From: a virus
Strand: one strand, 5' to 3'
Virus record (IMG/VR): IMGVR_UViG_3300033144_005525
Coordinates: 63,402-127,401 of that record
DNA: 64,000 nucleotides
Shown here piece by piece: positions 39,748 through 48,513 of this stretch. Position 1 is the first letter of the stretch. Every line of letters starts with the position of its first letter. The position numbers were made by a program, and so were the translations under genes. The notes beneath the pieces were generated by a model. It was not told where the DNA came from, searched no databases, and saw only the letters and a list, made by a program, of their open reading frames with translations.

Positions 39748-40533
39748 CTAGGTCTTCACCGTGATATCGATTGTACCGACGGGCTCCGGTGTAGTTCCAT
39801 CTATAGGCACAGAGGTACCAGCTATGGGAACACCTCTGATGGTGGGTATTTTCGAATAGACCTCTCTCACTCGAGCTGAGGTGATGTGTGCCTCTTGAGC
39901 AGAGATCTCCAAAGACATATGTGCTTCGATTCCCTGCACTAACGGGGCATTCGTAGCAACAATTCTCTCAGTCCATTGAAAGAAAAATGGGCTGGCCACT
40001 ACCACATTAACCAGCTCAGAGTCGGCTTCTGGATTCACCAAAGCTCCGGGAGGGGACTCTGAACTGATGGAGATTTCGTCTCCGATCTTGTGAATACGGT
40101 TTCTCTGCAACAGACGTTTGAACGTCCGGATGTGCCGCATCACGATCCAGGCGACTTTCTGAGCCTCCAGACCTTCCCTAGCCATGCAGTTGATGGTCAT
40201 CGTGCATGGGATGAGATCGGTATGTTCTCTCTGCCCAGTGCTCCCATTGACCGAACGTACGTTGTCCAGAGATAGATTGGCGAATTGTGCAGGACCTCTA
40301 GTGACTACGATGGCAGGACGCTGATCGATAGTGTCTCGAGGGATCGGCGCCTGCGCCGTAATCATAATCTCAGAGTCCACCTCGTTGGTGTCCCATCGAT
40401 AACACCCAGAGGGGAACTGCTGGAAGAGTCCCTGTAGGAACAGTAAGTACACCTTCGTGAAGTGCAGGAAGGGGTCTTCTCCTATTCCTTGTGGGAGAGG
40501 AACTCCTGGTGGTGCACTTCGTTCAGCGGTCAT
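39748..40533 (-). CDS. putative tail completion/terminator protein
   Basis: position upstream of the sheath; RPAIVVTRG, TINC..REGLEA. Confidence 0.55.
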   Translation of the reverse strand: MTAERSAPPGVPLPQGIGEDPFLHFTKVYLLFLQGLFQQFPSGCYRWDTNEVDSEIMITAQAPIPRDTIDQRPAIVVTRGPAQFANLSLDNVRSVNGSTGQREHTDLIPCTMTINCMAREGLEAQKVAWIVMRHIRTFKRLLQRNRIHKIGDEISISSESPPGALVNPEADSELVNVVVASPFFFQWTERIVATNAPLVQGIEAHMSLEISAQEAHITSARVREVYSKIPTIRGVPIAGTSVPIDGTTPEPVGTIDITVKT

Positions 40534-40874
40534 TGGGGAGATTTGGCAGAAAGGCCTTCATCGACCTTCTTCCTGTACTTGCTCCCAAGTATCGCAGCAA
40601 GACCCCCAGCTATGGGAAGACCCCATCGAACAAGCCGTAACTTTGAGGTTGTGATAGGTGGTTTGGCTCGCATAAAGCGGTTCAAACCTTTGTGCCGCAT
40701 CAGCAGTTCAGAAGCCCCGACGCCGACGCCTGTACCTAAAGCAGCAGGCCCTACGGTCTTCAAAGCACGGAGCACTCGCTGTTTGTTGGACTCCCCCTCG
40801 GCCGCGGCGCCGATCTTGGAGAGCTCATCCAACAGTGCCGCGGGGGCGGTATCCGTAGACAGCCAAGAGGGCAT
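40530..40874 (-). CDS. small Gly-zipper cargo-like protein
   Basis: RBS GGAG; LLDELSKIG leader; two hydrophobic Gly-rich helices. Confidence 0.55.
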   Translation of the reverse strand: MPSWLSTDTAPAALLDELSKIGAAAEGESNKQRVLRALKTVGPAALGTGVGVGASELLMRHKGLNRFMRAKPPITTSKLRLVRWGLPIAGGLAAILGSKYRKKVDEGLSAKSPQ

Positions 40875-41727
40875 TTTCGTCTTCTCCATGATCATCGGTG
40901 TGTTGAGGATTGGTGAAGTTGCGCTCTTCTGCAAACTGTTGATTCGCCAGATCCGTCAAGTTGATGGGGAGCTTGTACTCTACATCGCCTTTCGGGATGT
41001 GGTGAATAGAGAGCTCTTGTCGTACCACCGAACGTAGTCTCTCCGTACCCGACCTTGTCACCACCCTCCATCTCTTGTTCTCCGGCTCTACGATGATGTC
41101 TTTGGGCTTGATCGGAGGATAGGAGATGAGACGAGCAGAGGTGTTCTTCGGCTGCTGCTCTCCCTTGATGGCAGTATTCGATGGAGAATCCGGCTCTGGA
41201 TCGATCTGGATGTAAGTCTCAATGGGAGAGAGGAACCCACCGAGATAGCCAGTGTCGAAGCATGTGATGCACATCGACCTAGTTCTTCGATTCATCGTGA
41301 CGTCGAAGCAACCACACTTAGGACCAAAGGTACGAACAGGAAACAGCCAACACCTACGTCCGATGAGTTGCCGGAAGAGGACATCCTCTTGTCGTTGAAT
41401 CTCCAGAGAGATTAGGTCAGGCTCCGCCATCAGAGAGGCGGCTCCGATGACCTCCTCACTACTGGTTGGGATGTGGACGATCTTCAGCTTGTAGAAGATC
41501 TTGCGCCACTTGTGGAGCAAGTTGACACTGAAGTCACGGAACGAGTACTGGTCCTGAAAAGGCCCGGCGATCTGATCAAAGGGACCTTCAGGAGACTCGG
41601 ATCGTAGAACGAAGAAGTTGTAGGCCGTGATGACGTCCTGAGCATCACCGAAGTCGGAGATTTCCCAGAACAGATCGATGTGGTCCAGGTCGAAGCTTCG
41701 AGCTACGAACTTTGTGACCGTGAGCAT
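40825..41727 (-). CDS. putative neck/head-closure protein with Zn finger
   Basis: CGC...CITCFDTGYLGGF; DIIVE...RWRV. Confidence 0.6.
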   Translation of the reverse strand: MLTVTKFVARSFDLDHIDLFWEISDFGDAQDVITAYNFFVLRSESPEGPFDQIAGPFQDQYSFRDFSVNLLHKWRKIFYKLKIVHIPTSSEEVIGAASLMAEPDLISLEIQRQEDVLFRQLIGRRCWLFPVRTFGPKCGCFDVTMNRRTRSMCITCFDTGYLGGFLSPIETYIQIDPEPDSPSNTAIKGEQQPKNTSARLISYPPIKPKDIIVEPENKRWRVVTRSGTERLRSVVRQELSIHHIPKGDVEYKLPINLTDLANQQFAEERNFTNPQHTDDHGEDENALLAVYGYRPRGTVG

Positions 41728-41730
41728 GTT

Positions 41731-42693
41731 CTAAGCATACCCTCGGTCGCCCACAGATCTGGAATAACCCTCGACACCAGCCTTCTTGGTTTTCCTGGAC
41801 CGTTTATCGGTCTTCTTCTTGCGGCGAGCTCTCCACAATATAGATCCTCCCATAACACCCAGATAAGCGCCGGGAAAGATTAACTTCCTACTAGGGAAAT
41901 GCTTGGCGAAATGCTTGGCTTTGGATACTGCTCCCACAGCAGCTTGTTCAACTTGAAGAGCTGCTTGATGCTTGTTTTTGAGGGCAGATCCTATTGATCT
42001 ATCGAAGGAAGAGGGAAGAGCTGGTCCTGATGAATGTCCCAAACTATTGGACCACGCCTTGAATCGTGCATCTTTCGCATCTCGTAGAGCCTTCTTGGCT
42101 CTTCGTTGCATGACTGCTCCAGCCAGTTCACCAGAGCTCCCACCTACCAGAGCTCCCGCTGCGGCTCCTCCAAGTATATGTCTGCCGGCAGAGTTTTTCT
42201 TCGGCTTCTTCCTGGCCGCTACTTTGGTTTGAATCGGTTGGGTCATCTGCGCCGTGCTGGCGATGATGGGACTGGGAGTTTGCGTGACGTGAGGCTTTGG
42301 TGGACGCCCACGAAAGGACTGCTGGATCTCAGGAGGCTTCGGTTGCTTTGGAATAGGGATAGGCACCATGGCTGCCTTGCCCATCATCCCAGCTACACCA
42401 CGACGAGCCTTCTGCGCTCCCCAACCCGCTGCTCCACCGACTAGAGCTCCCTTGGCTGCTCCACCCATGGCACCTTGAAGTCTCTCACCAGGACGAGCCT
42501 TTGCTGCTCCGAGACCTGCTCCAGCCACAGCTCCGTACCCTGCCATGCGCATGGGCTTGAGCTTGTTCATCAACGAAGGAGCTGACTTCGCTTTTGGAGT
42601 GAACTTGAGTCCAGCCTTGATAGCAGAACCAATATTCCCGATAACTCCGGCCGTCTTATCCGCGTGAGGTTCGGCGTTGTCCCCAGCGGTTAG
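41731..42693 (-). CDS. -1 frame extension of 42690-43907 (Gly-zipper/basic modules)
   Basis: frame open from the slippery site; contains DKTA|GVIGNIGSAIKAG upstream of the first start codon. Confidence 0.7.
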   Translation of the reverse strand, partial: LTAGDNAEPHADKTAGVIGNIGSAIKAGLKFTPKAKSAPSLMNKLKPMRMAGYGAVAGAGLGAAKARPGERLQGAMGGAAKGALVGGAAGWGAQKARRGVAGMMGKAAMVPIPIPKQPKPPEIQQSFRGRPPKPHVTQTPSPIIASTAQMTQPIQTKVAARKKPKKNSAGRHILGGAAAGALVGGSSGELAGAVMQRRAKKALRDAKDARFKAWSNSLGHSSGPALPSSFDRSIGSALKNKHQAALQVEQAAVGAVSKAKHFAKHFPSRKLIFPGAYLGVMGGSILWRARRKKKTDKRSRKTKKAGVEGYSRSVGDRGYA

Positions 42694-42699
42694 AAAGGG
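42650..42699 (-). other. programmed -1 ribosomal frameshift signal (C CCU UUC plus pseudoknot)
   Basis: X XXY YYZ heptamer just before UAA; stems UGGGG/CCUCA and GCCG/CGGC. Confidence 0.7.
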
Positions 42700-43907
42700 A
42701 GTACTACCGACGATGCCTTCTTACTCATCACGGTGGGCTTCTTGACTACAGTCTTCTTCCCAGCTTGCGAGGCTCTAGTAGCTGCCCTGCGTACTTGTGC
42801 AGAGATGAAGGCGCGAGAGTAAGCTTCCTTGATCTCCTCAGCAGTCTTACCAAGCACAAACTTGGATCCAGGAGCTCTTCCCTGAATCGAGGCGGAAGAC
42901 AGCCTCCTGGCAGCCGCATCAGCTGGGATGGGTGGAGGTGTTTTGAGTAGACCGGCCGACCTCATCGCTTTGGAGGTACCTGAGCGAGTGACCTTGGTCC
43001 CTCCCTTACCGACTGAGCTCCCTATGGTTCGTAGGATGCTCTGCGTCGCGGGGGACATGGCATTTTTGGACATGGCCTGCCTTGCCGAAAGGATCCCAGG
43101 ATGCTTGGACCTGTTCATGGCCTTGGCTATTCCGGCTCCTCCAGCGGCTCCAACCGCTCCACCTATGAGAGCCCCTTTTGCAGCTCCTCCTGCAGCTCCT
43201 CGAAGTCTGTTGCCTTCTCCCCCACGTATGGCTCCTCCGACGGCACCTATTCCTCCACCCACTAGCGCTGTGTTTCCTGCACCTCTCAAGGCCATCTTCC
43301 CGACATTGATTAGAGGAACTCCAGCGAACTTGGTCATGGTCTTCTTCAGACCACTCTGCAACATCTTGCCCCCACCAAATCGTCCAGCACCGTAACCAGC
43401 CATGGCGCCTGTAGCGAAGTCTCCACCCGTGGCCTTATTGGCAACACCACCACCAATTGCCAAAGCAGCATTGGGGTTCTTCATCGCCTTGGACATGACT
43501 TTGGATCCTGCGCCGCTCGTCATGACCTTTTTGGCTACACCGCTAAGCAGCTTGCCCACGAAGGCTTCCTTCTCCAGGTAGTCACCCAAGGACCCACCGT
43601 TCTCCAGAATGAAGGCCATCTTGATGGCATCATCATCTGACATGTCGGCTACGGCCTGGGTGAGTTCGTTCTGCTCCAACACAGCTTGCTCAGCTGCTTC
43701 AGCTGGAACAGATCCTTGCTCCTGAGCAAGCTCGCGACCCATCTGAGTGGCATCGGCGATCTTTTCTTGTAGAGCGTCGAGTGCCGCTGTGGGATGGGGC
43801 TGCTCTGCTTCACGGATCTCATTGATCGTGAGCTGCTCGAGCTGCTGAGCAACGTTTTCTTCTTGCCTCGGCTGATCGGCGCAGAGTTTCACTAGCCAGT
43901 TGTGCAT
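42690..43907 (-). CDS. acidic leader plus cationic Gly-zipper polyprotein (putative head cargo)
   Basis: KEA|FVGKLLSGVAKKV; GxxxG arrays; RBS GAGG. Confidence 0.7.
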   Translation of the reverse strand: MHNWLVKLCADQPRQEENVAQQLEQLTINEIREAEQPHPTAALDALQEKIADATQMGRELAQEQGSVPAEAAEQAVLEQNELTQAVADMSDDDAIKMAFILENGGSLGDYLEKEAFVGKLLSGVAKKVMTSGAGSKVMSKAMKNPNAALAIGGGVANKATGGDFATGAMAGYGAGRFGGGKMLQSGLKKTMTKFAGVPLINVGKMALRGAGNTALVGGGIGAVGGAIRGGEGNRLRGAAGGAAKGALIGGAVGAAGGAGIAKAMNRSKHPGILSARQAMSKNAMSPATQSILRTIGSSVGKGGTKVTRSGTSKAMRSAGLLKTPPPIPADAAARRLSSASIQGRAPGSKFVLGKTAEEIKEAYSRAFISAQVRRAATRASQAGKKTVVKKPTVMSKKASSVVLPF

Positions 43908-43916
43908 GATTTCCTC

Positions 43917-45503
43917 TTAGTTCTTCAGTGCGCCTAGAACTTTGGCGAACATAAGCCCCATACCACCACCAACTGCCGCTCCTGTTGCTGCAGCCGCTCC
44001 TGGGTGCTTACGTTTTTCCACAGCAAGACCGTGCTGGAATTGGGTCATCAGCTTACCGATACCAGAAGAGTATCCTGTGTCTCCCCTGGTCTTGTTGGCT
44101 TTGACGTCGGCCTCGAAAGCCACTTCGGATTTGCTCTTCCCACCCAAGCTCTTCTGAGGACGACTACCCAGATACGTCGACAGTCCGAGCATGGCAGCTC
44201 CGGCACCTGCAAGAGCTAGAGTTCCTGGATCTGTGATTCCCTTGGGAATAGCCTGCCTGATCGACGATGCAATCGAAGCCTGTTTAGTGAGGGGTCCAGG
44301 CAAGGTCACAGCCTTCTTAGGACCTTCTGTACGATCTATTAGATCGAGTCGAGCTTTCTTGTAGTTGGTGTACTTCTTCTTGAGGGAGCCCCACACGTCT
44401 TCAGCATTTTCGATGATGGCTGAATCCTCTTGCTGTGGGTATCTCTCTGCTGCTCTCTGTTTGACCTCAGCCAAAGAGAGAGCGGGCATGGGAGCCGCCA
44501 CTGCGGACTTCATGAACTTGCTGACACCAACTTGAGAACGTCCTGCTAGAGCTCCACCAATAGCTCCGGCACCAAGTCCTTTGAGTCCTGCAGCGACACG
44601 ACTCTCTCCAGGCTTGGCGAGGATGGCATTGATGGCACCCGTGCCTGCTCCCCAACCAGCAGCATTACCAATCGTGGATTTCCAAGCAGGGCTCAGCTTC
44701 TGAGCTGCTTGTCCAACGGCACCGAGAACACTAGCGTTCTTGCCCATGGGCTTTTTGACGATGGAGGGCATAACCCCAGCCTGTGGGATCTTCTTTGCCA
44801 CTTCACGAGTTGCTTGTCCCTTAGCTAATGCCTTAGCCAGGTCGTCGGTGGCATTAGATTTCGCTATGACTCCACCAGGACCGTGAATACTTTTGAAAGT
44901 ATCCATGCTTCGGGCGAGTTGTCGCTGGCCAATAACCCTGCTGGTGCTGTGCATACCTCCAAAACCACCACCGAAAGCACCGCCTATCAAGGCACCCTTC
45001 AAGGCACCTTTGGCACGCTTGCCCTTCTTGCTGCCTGCTGCACCTACTAGGGCTCCAGGAACTGCACCAAGTACGGACCCTCTGCCTGCAAAGCTCAGTG
45101 CGCGTAGAGCAGCGTTGGCCTTCTTCTCTTTTGGCTTTCTCTTCTTCCTTCTCTTGAAAAGAGATACGGCAGCCATAGACCCTAAGACTCCGCCTGCAGT
45201 AAGAACAGCCAAATTGGGCTTATAGGTATAGGGAGCGGGGAATGGGCTGTAGGCTTGTTTTTTCAGATCTGAATTGTCGGCAGTTACGACGGCATTCTTG
45301 GACTTCTTCGGGATGTCCGTGAGCTTGCTGAACCCTCGGTCAGACAGAAGAGGTCCACCTGTTCCATGCTCGTCTTCAAAGTCCGCCTTCTTGATCAGAG
45401 CCGGTTGGCCCTTCAACAAGAGATAGTGAGCTGCGCAATCATTGAACTCATCAGAACGCTGGGAAGCGCTCTTCATCAGTTCATAGAAATCAGCCCGCTT
45501 CAT
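43917..45503 (-). CDS. KxA-punctuated cationic Gly-zipper polyprotein (putative head cargo)
   Basis: modules begin after KQA, KKA, KNA, KSA, KQA. Confidence 0.7.
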   Translation of the reverse strand: MKRADFYELMKSASQRSDEFNDCAAHYLLLKGQPALIKKADFEDEHGTGGPLLSDRGFSKLTDIPKKSKNAVVTADNSDLKKQAYSPFPAPYTYKPNLAVLTAGGVLGSMAAVSLFKRRKKRKPKEKKANAALRALSFAGRGSVLGAVPGALVGAAGSKKGKRAKGALKGALIGGAFGGGFGGMHSTSRVIGQRQLARSMDTFKSIHGPGGVIAKSNATDDLAKALAKGQATREVAKKIPQAGVMPSIVKKPMGKNASVLGAVGQAAQKLSPAWKSTIGNAAGWGAGTGAINAILAKPGESRVAAGLKGLGAGAIGGALAGRSQVGVSKFMKSAVAAPMPALSLAEVKQRAAERYPQQEDSAIIENAEDVWGSLKKKYTNYKKARLDLIDRTEGPKKAVTLPGPLTKQASIASSIRQAIPKGITDPGTLALAGAGAAMLGLSTYLGSRPQKSLGGKSKSEVAFEADVKANKTRGDTGYSSGIGKLMTQFQHGLAVEKRKHPGAAAATGAAVGGGMGLMFAKVLGALKN

Positions 45504-45507
45504 GGCT

Positions 45508-46038
45508 CTACACCGTGTAGACGAGAATGAAGGCACCGTTGTCATCCAACAGCAAATGCTCCACCGTCAGCAAACCAACAGATCCTTTATTGCCGACAGC
45601 AGATGCACCTTCTGAGAATAGAAGGTCTTCATCTGTTGTGGCGCCAATGGCAGATGACCCTGGAGCAATACGCAAGGCATACCCTGGGTCGATCAGAGCG
45701 TGAGTGATGGTGAGCCTGTCTCCTGTGTTGGAGATGACGAACTCGGTAGGCAAGACGGCCCCATCCCAGCGAGCTCCTGTGTTGAGCTCGGCCAGGAGTG
45801 CAGCGATATTGGCATGAGGTCCCGCAGCACCCACCGTGAACGTTCTGCGAAACGCAGTCCAGGTATTCCCTCCGTCGGCGCTGCCCTCGACAACCAATAT
45901 CTCATTGACACTACCGAAAGTGAATCCGAAGGTCTGAACGCCACCTAGCAGTACGGCAGCGGCTGCAGCCGTCGTGATGAACTGCTCTAGATCAGCAGCA
46001 TTCTGGAAGACTCGGATTCTATGATCTGCGAGAGCCAT
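45508..46038 (-). CDS. virion decoration-like protein carrying a sheath-type inserted domain
   Basis: paralog of 46048-46194; insert similar to sheath 37840-38190. Confidence 0.65.
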   Translation of the reverse strand: MALADHRIRVFQNAADLEQFITTAAAAAVLLGGVQTFGFTFGSVNEILVVEGSADGGNTWTAFRRTFTVGAAGPHANIAALLAELNTGARWDGAVLPTEFVISNTGDRLTITHALIDPGYALRIAPGSSAIGATTDEDLLFSEGASAVGNKGSVGLLTVEHLLLDDNGAFILVYTV

Positions 46039-46047
46039 CGTTGTCTC

Positions 46048-46194
46048 CTAGGTGACATCGTAGAGCAGGATGAAGTATCCATTGTCGTCAGTGATGATCG
46101 TGATGATGGACGTAATCGCACCGTCCGTCCTGATGAACTGCTCCAACGAATTGACGTCCGGAAAGATCCTAATCCTGTGGTTCGGTTTCGCCAT
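46048..46194 (-). CDS. small virion protein (48 aa)
   Basis: MAKPNHRIRIF...DDNGYFILLY; TAATG-coupled start. Confidence 0.65.
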   Translation of the reverse strand: MAKPNHRIRIFPDVNSLEQFIRTDGAITSIITIITDDNGYFILLYDVT

Positions 46195-46217
46195 TACCAA
46201 CCCCCATAGAAGCCATT

Positions 46218-47030
46218 TTACCACCCCCCATAAAACCCGTTGGTCCAGCCATAGAGTGCCTCGGCAGCACGCACTTTGGGAAGGACATGTGAGAATTCCT
46301 CTTCGGTCATCTGTCCCGAATCGTAGACCCTGTGGTGGGTGGGACAAAGAACGAGGCAGTTCTCTTTTTCGATCGAACCGCCTTCTTTGACTGATTTGAT
46401 GTGAGCAAAGTCGAGAGTACGGTCTTCTCCACAGATCTCACAGCCATCAATGTTGAGTTCTTGGAAGACCTTGCGCTTCTTAGTGGAATGAGTCGAGAAA
46501 CGAAGATCTTTGGTGCGCCTCCAAGGAGCCTCGTGACCAACATCCTTCATGCGTCGGCAGATGACTCCATAGGAGACGTCATAGAGACGAGACAACTCTT
46601 CATAGGTCTTGCCTGCGTTGGAGAGTTGGACGGCCTCTTCAATGGGAATCTCTTGACGACGCCCATGATTGCGAGGACCGTTCGTCCACCTGTCTCTAGG
46701 GATGCTGAACCTCTCCATCCAGTCAATCCAGGTAGCGTAAGGGACCTTGTAGTGGCGGGCAGCAGAAGCAGCAGAGTCGAAGGCTGGGAGTGCTTCGAGC
46801 ATCCATTCACGAGTGGGCATGAACCCGGCGACTTTCTTCGTCCGCACCCCACCACTTCCTCGGCGCGGTACCTCATGTCGCTTGAGTAGTTGACGAACAC
46901 CTGGAATGGAGCAGCTCTCTTCCTTGGCAATCTCCAACGTCGACATCTCCCGATTCACATAGAAATCGATGATGCGTTCCGCATTGAGGCGTTGTTTTGG
47001 CATGACCCCTATGTTAGCACCAATTGCCAT
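46218..47030 (-). mobile_element. free-standing HNH homing endonuclease with N-terminal HTH repeats
   Basis: CEICG...AHI....GG....N.LVLCPTHHR; flanked by recoded copies of the host gene 3' end. Confidence 0.85.
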
Positions 47031-47039
47031 AGTAACAGG

Positions 47040-47555
47040 TCACCAACCTCCATAAAATCCATTGGTCCACAAATATTCTGAGTGTACTCCACCTCCCCAG
47101 GCCTGCTCGATGTTGATGGCTACCTTGAGACGTAGCTTCTTCGATTCGTAGTCATTCCGGAACAGCTGGATCCAGGCATGGTACAGCGGTGTCTTGTCGC
47201 TGATCCCTACCTGAATACCACCATCGGAGAAGGTGAGATGGTTACGAGTCATCAGCAAGCCCGCGGACTCGAGCAAGTTGATGACCGTGCCTCGAAGCAA
47301 GAGACGCCTCGAGGGGAAGTTGGTGATGCCTACCGGACCGATGAGGGGAGGAGTCGTGTTCCAGTCATCGATACAATCAGCAATCGCCCAGAGTACGAGT
47401 CTGGGCGAATGCTCGACGCCTTGGATCAGACGGTTTAGCTCGGCGTGGTCCCTCATGAACTCACGGACGAGACCTGCCATCTGCTCGAACGCTAACTGCT
47501 CAGCCGGTCGGAACCCTCCAAAGATATCGGAGCTGGTGCCTACAGTTGTTGACAC
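47040..47555 (-). CDS. putative head-tail adaptor (neck) protein
   Basis: position between capsid and neck genes; WNTTPP, RNHLTFSDGG. Confidence 0.6.
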   Translation of the reverse strand: MSTTVGTSSDIFGGFRPAEQLAFEQMAGLVREFMRDHAELNRLIQGVEHSPRLVLWAIADCIDDWNTTPPLIGPVGITNFPSRRLLLRGTVINLLESAGLLMTRNHLTFSDGGIQVGISDKTPLYHAWIQLFRNDYESKKLRLKVAINIEQAWGGGVHSEYLWTNGFYGGW

Positions 47556-47558
47556 TGG

Positions 47559-48020
47559 CTACCTCCGCTTCTTTTTTCGTCCTTTGGAATCTTCCTTGGT
47601 GTCGATCTCGACCACGTCCTTCGGCACAGACACCGTATCGGAGAAGCCCAAAGACACGACCTGCTTCGGCTGCTTGGAGACGACAGGGGCAGGAGTGGTT
47701 CCGATACCCAGTTCCCTCATGGCAGCCTCTTTGGCAGCGGTCTTCGCTCGAGCTGTCTTGAGGTTGGCCTGGATGTCTTCTGCAGAGAGAGTGACTCTGC
47801 CGCGCCGACGCTCCTTGTAGTCCTGGTACCAGGTGGGAACTTTGCCGATGGAGATGTATCCAGCCTCCTCGAGCTTGCGCATCTTGGCGTCGACGTACCT
47901 GGCGTCCACACGAAGACTCAGCCCTGGCCGGAGCTCCTTGTTGAAGATACGGACTCCAGAAGGTCGGAACTTCTCCTCATCCTTCGGGACATCCGTAATG
48001 TTGGTGATCAGAACGATCAT
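47559..48020 (-). CDS. hypothetical virion-associated protein
   Basis: ORF in the structural operon; basic C-terminus. Confidence 0.55.
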   Translation of the reverse strand: MIVLITNITDVPKDEEKFRPSGVRIFNKELRPGLSLRVDARYVDAKMRKLEEAGYISIGKVPTWYQDYKERRRGRVTLSAEDIQANLKTARAKTAAKEAAMRELGIGTTPAPVVSKQPKQVVSLGFSDTVSVPKDVVEIDTKEDSKGRKKKRR

Positions 48021-48030
48021 GAGGGGCCCC

Positions 48031-48435
48031 CTATCTTTTCCCTCTTTTGGACTTCTTCCCCTTCGGTCGCTCGACCTGGGTAACATCCTCAGAGGGCTGG
48101 AACTCCGGAACTGGTTCCGGTAGCGGAGGTGGCTCTGGTGTGGTCTCTGGCTCCTCGGGAGCCTCCACAGGTGCCTCCGGCGTCGGGGCGACCGGAGCCG
48201 TAGATTCTTGTTTGGGTGCTTGAGAGCCGGACCGCTTAGCTGTCAGGACTCCCTGCTTCACACAGAGATCGATGCGGACCTTGTTGGTCGCATAGGATTC
48301 ATCACTGATGGTGAGCTTCTGTCGCAGCCGGATCCGGACACCCGCAATTGTGGGCTCCATCTCCATACGAGGCGCCACACGACGCTTCATGGCGTGCGTT
48401 GGGTTTAACGCTACGTTTTCCAGTTCCCAAGGCAT
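48031..48435 (-). CDS. hypothetical virion-associated protein, Pro/Glu-rich
   Basis: RBS GGAGG; downstream of the MCP. Confidence 0.6.
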   Translation of the reverse strand: MPWELENVALNPTHAMKRRVAPRMEMEPTIAGVRIRLRQKLTISDESYATNKVRIDLCVKQGVLTAKRSGSQAPKQESTAPVAPTPEAPVEAPEEPETTPEPPPLPEPVPEFQPSEDVTQVERPKGKKSKRGKR

Positions 48436-48466
48436 CCGAACCTCCAGTACGACGAAGAAAGCATGG

Positions 48467-48498
48467 AAGAAAACCCGGGGCCCGTGAGGGCCCCAGGC
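48467..48498 (-). terminator. terminator after the major capsid gene
   Basis: CCTGGGGCCC/GGGCCCCGGG then TTTTCTT. Confidence 0.75.
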
Positions 48499-48513
48499 AT
48501 TCAGTTTCGACGA

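Noticed and set aside
41731-45503. Tape measure protein
   Set aside because: The ORFs are short, basic and upstream of the neck genes rather than after the tube, and lack TMP-style periodic aromatic repeats; not fully excluded.
46218-47030. HNH located inside a group I intron
   Set aside because: Only 9 nt separate it from the upstream stop and there is no room for a ribozyme core; the host gene is complete without splicing.
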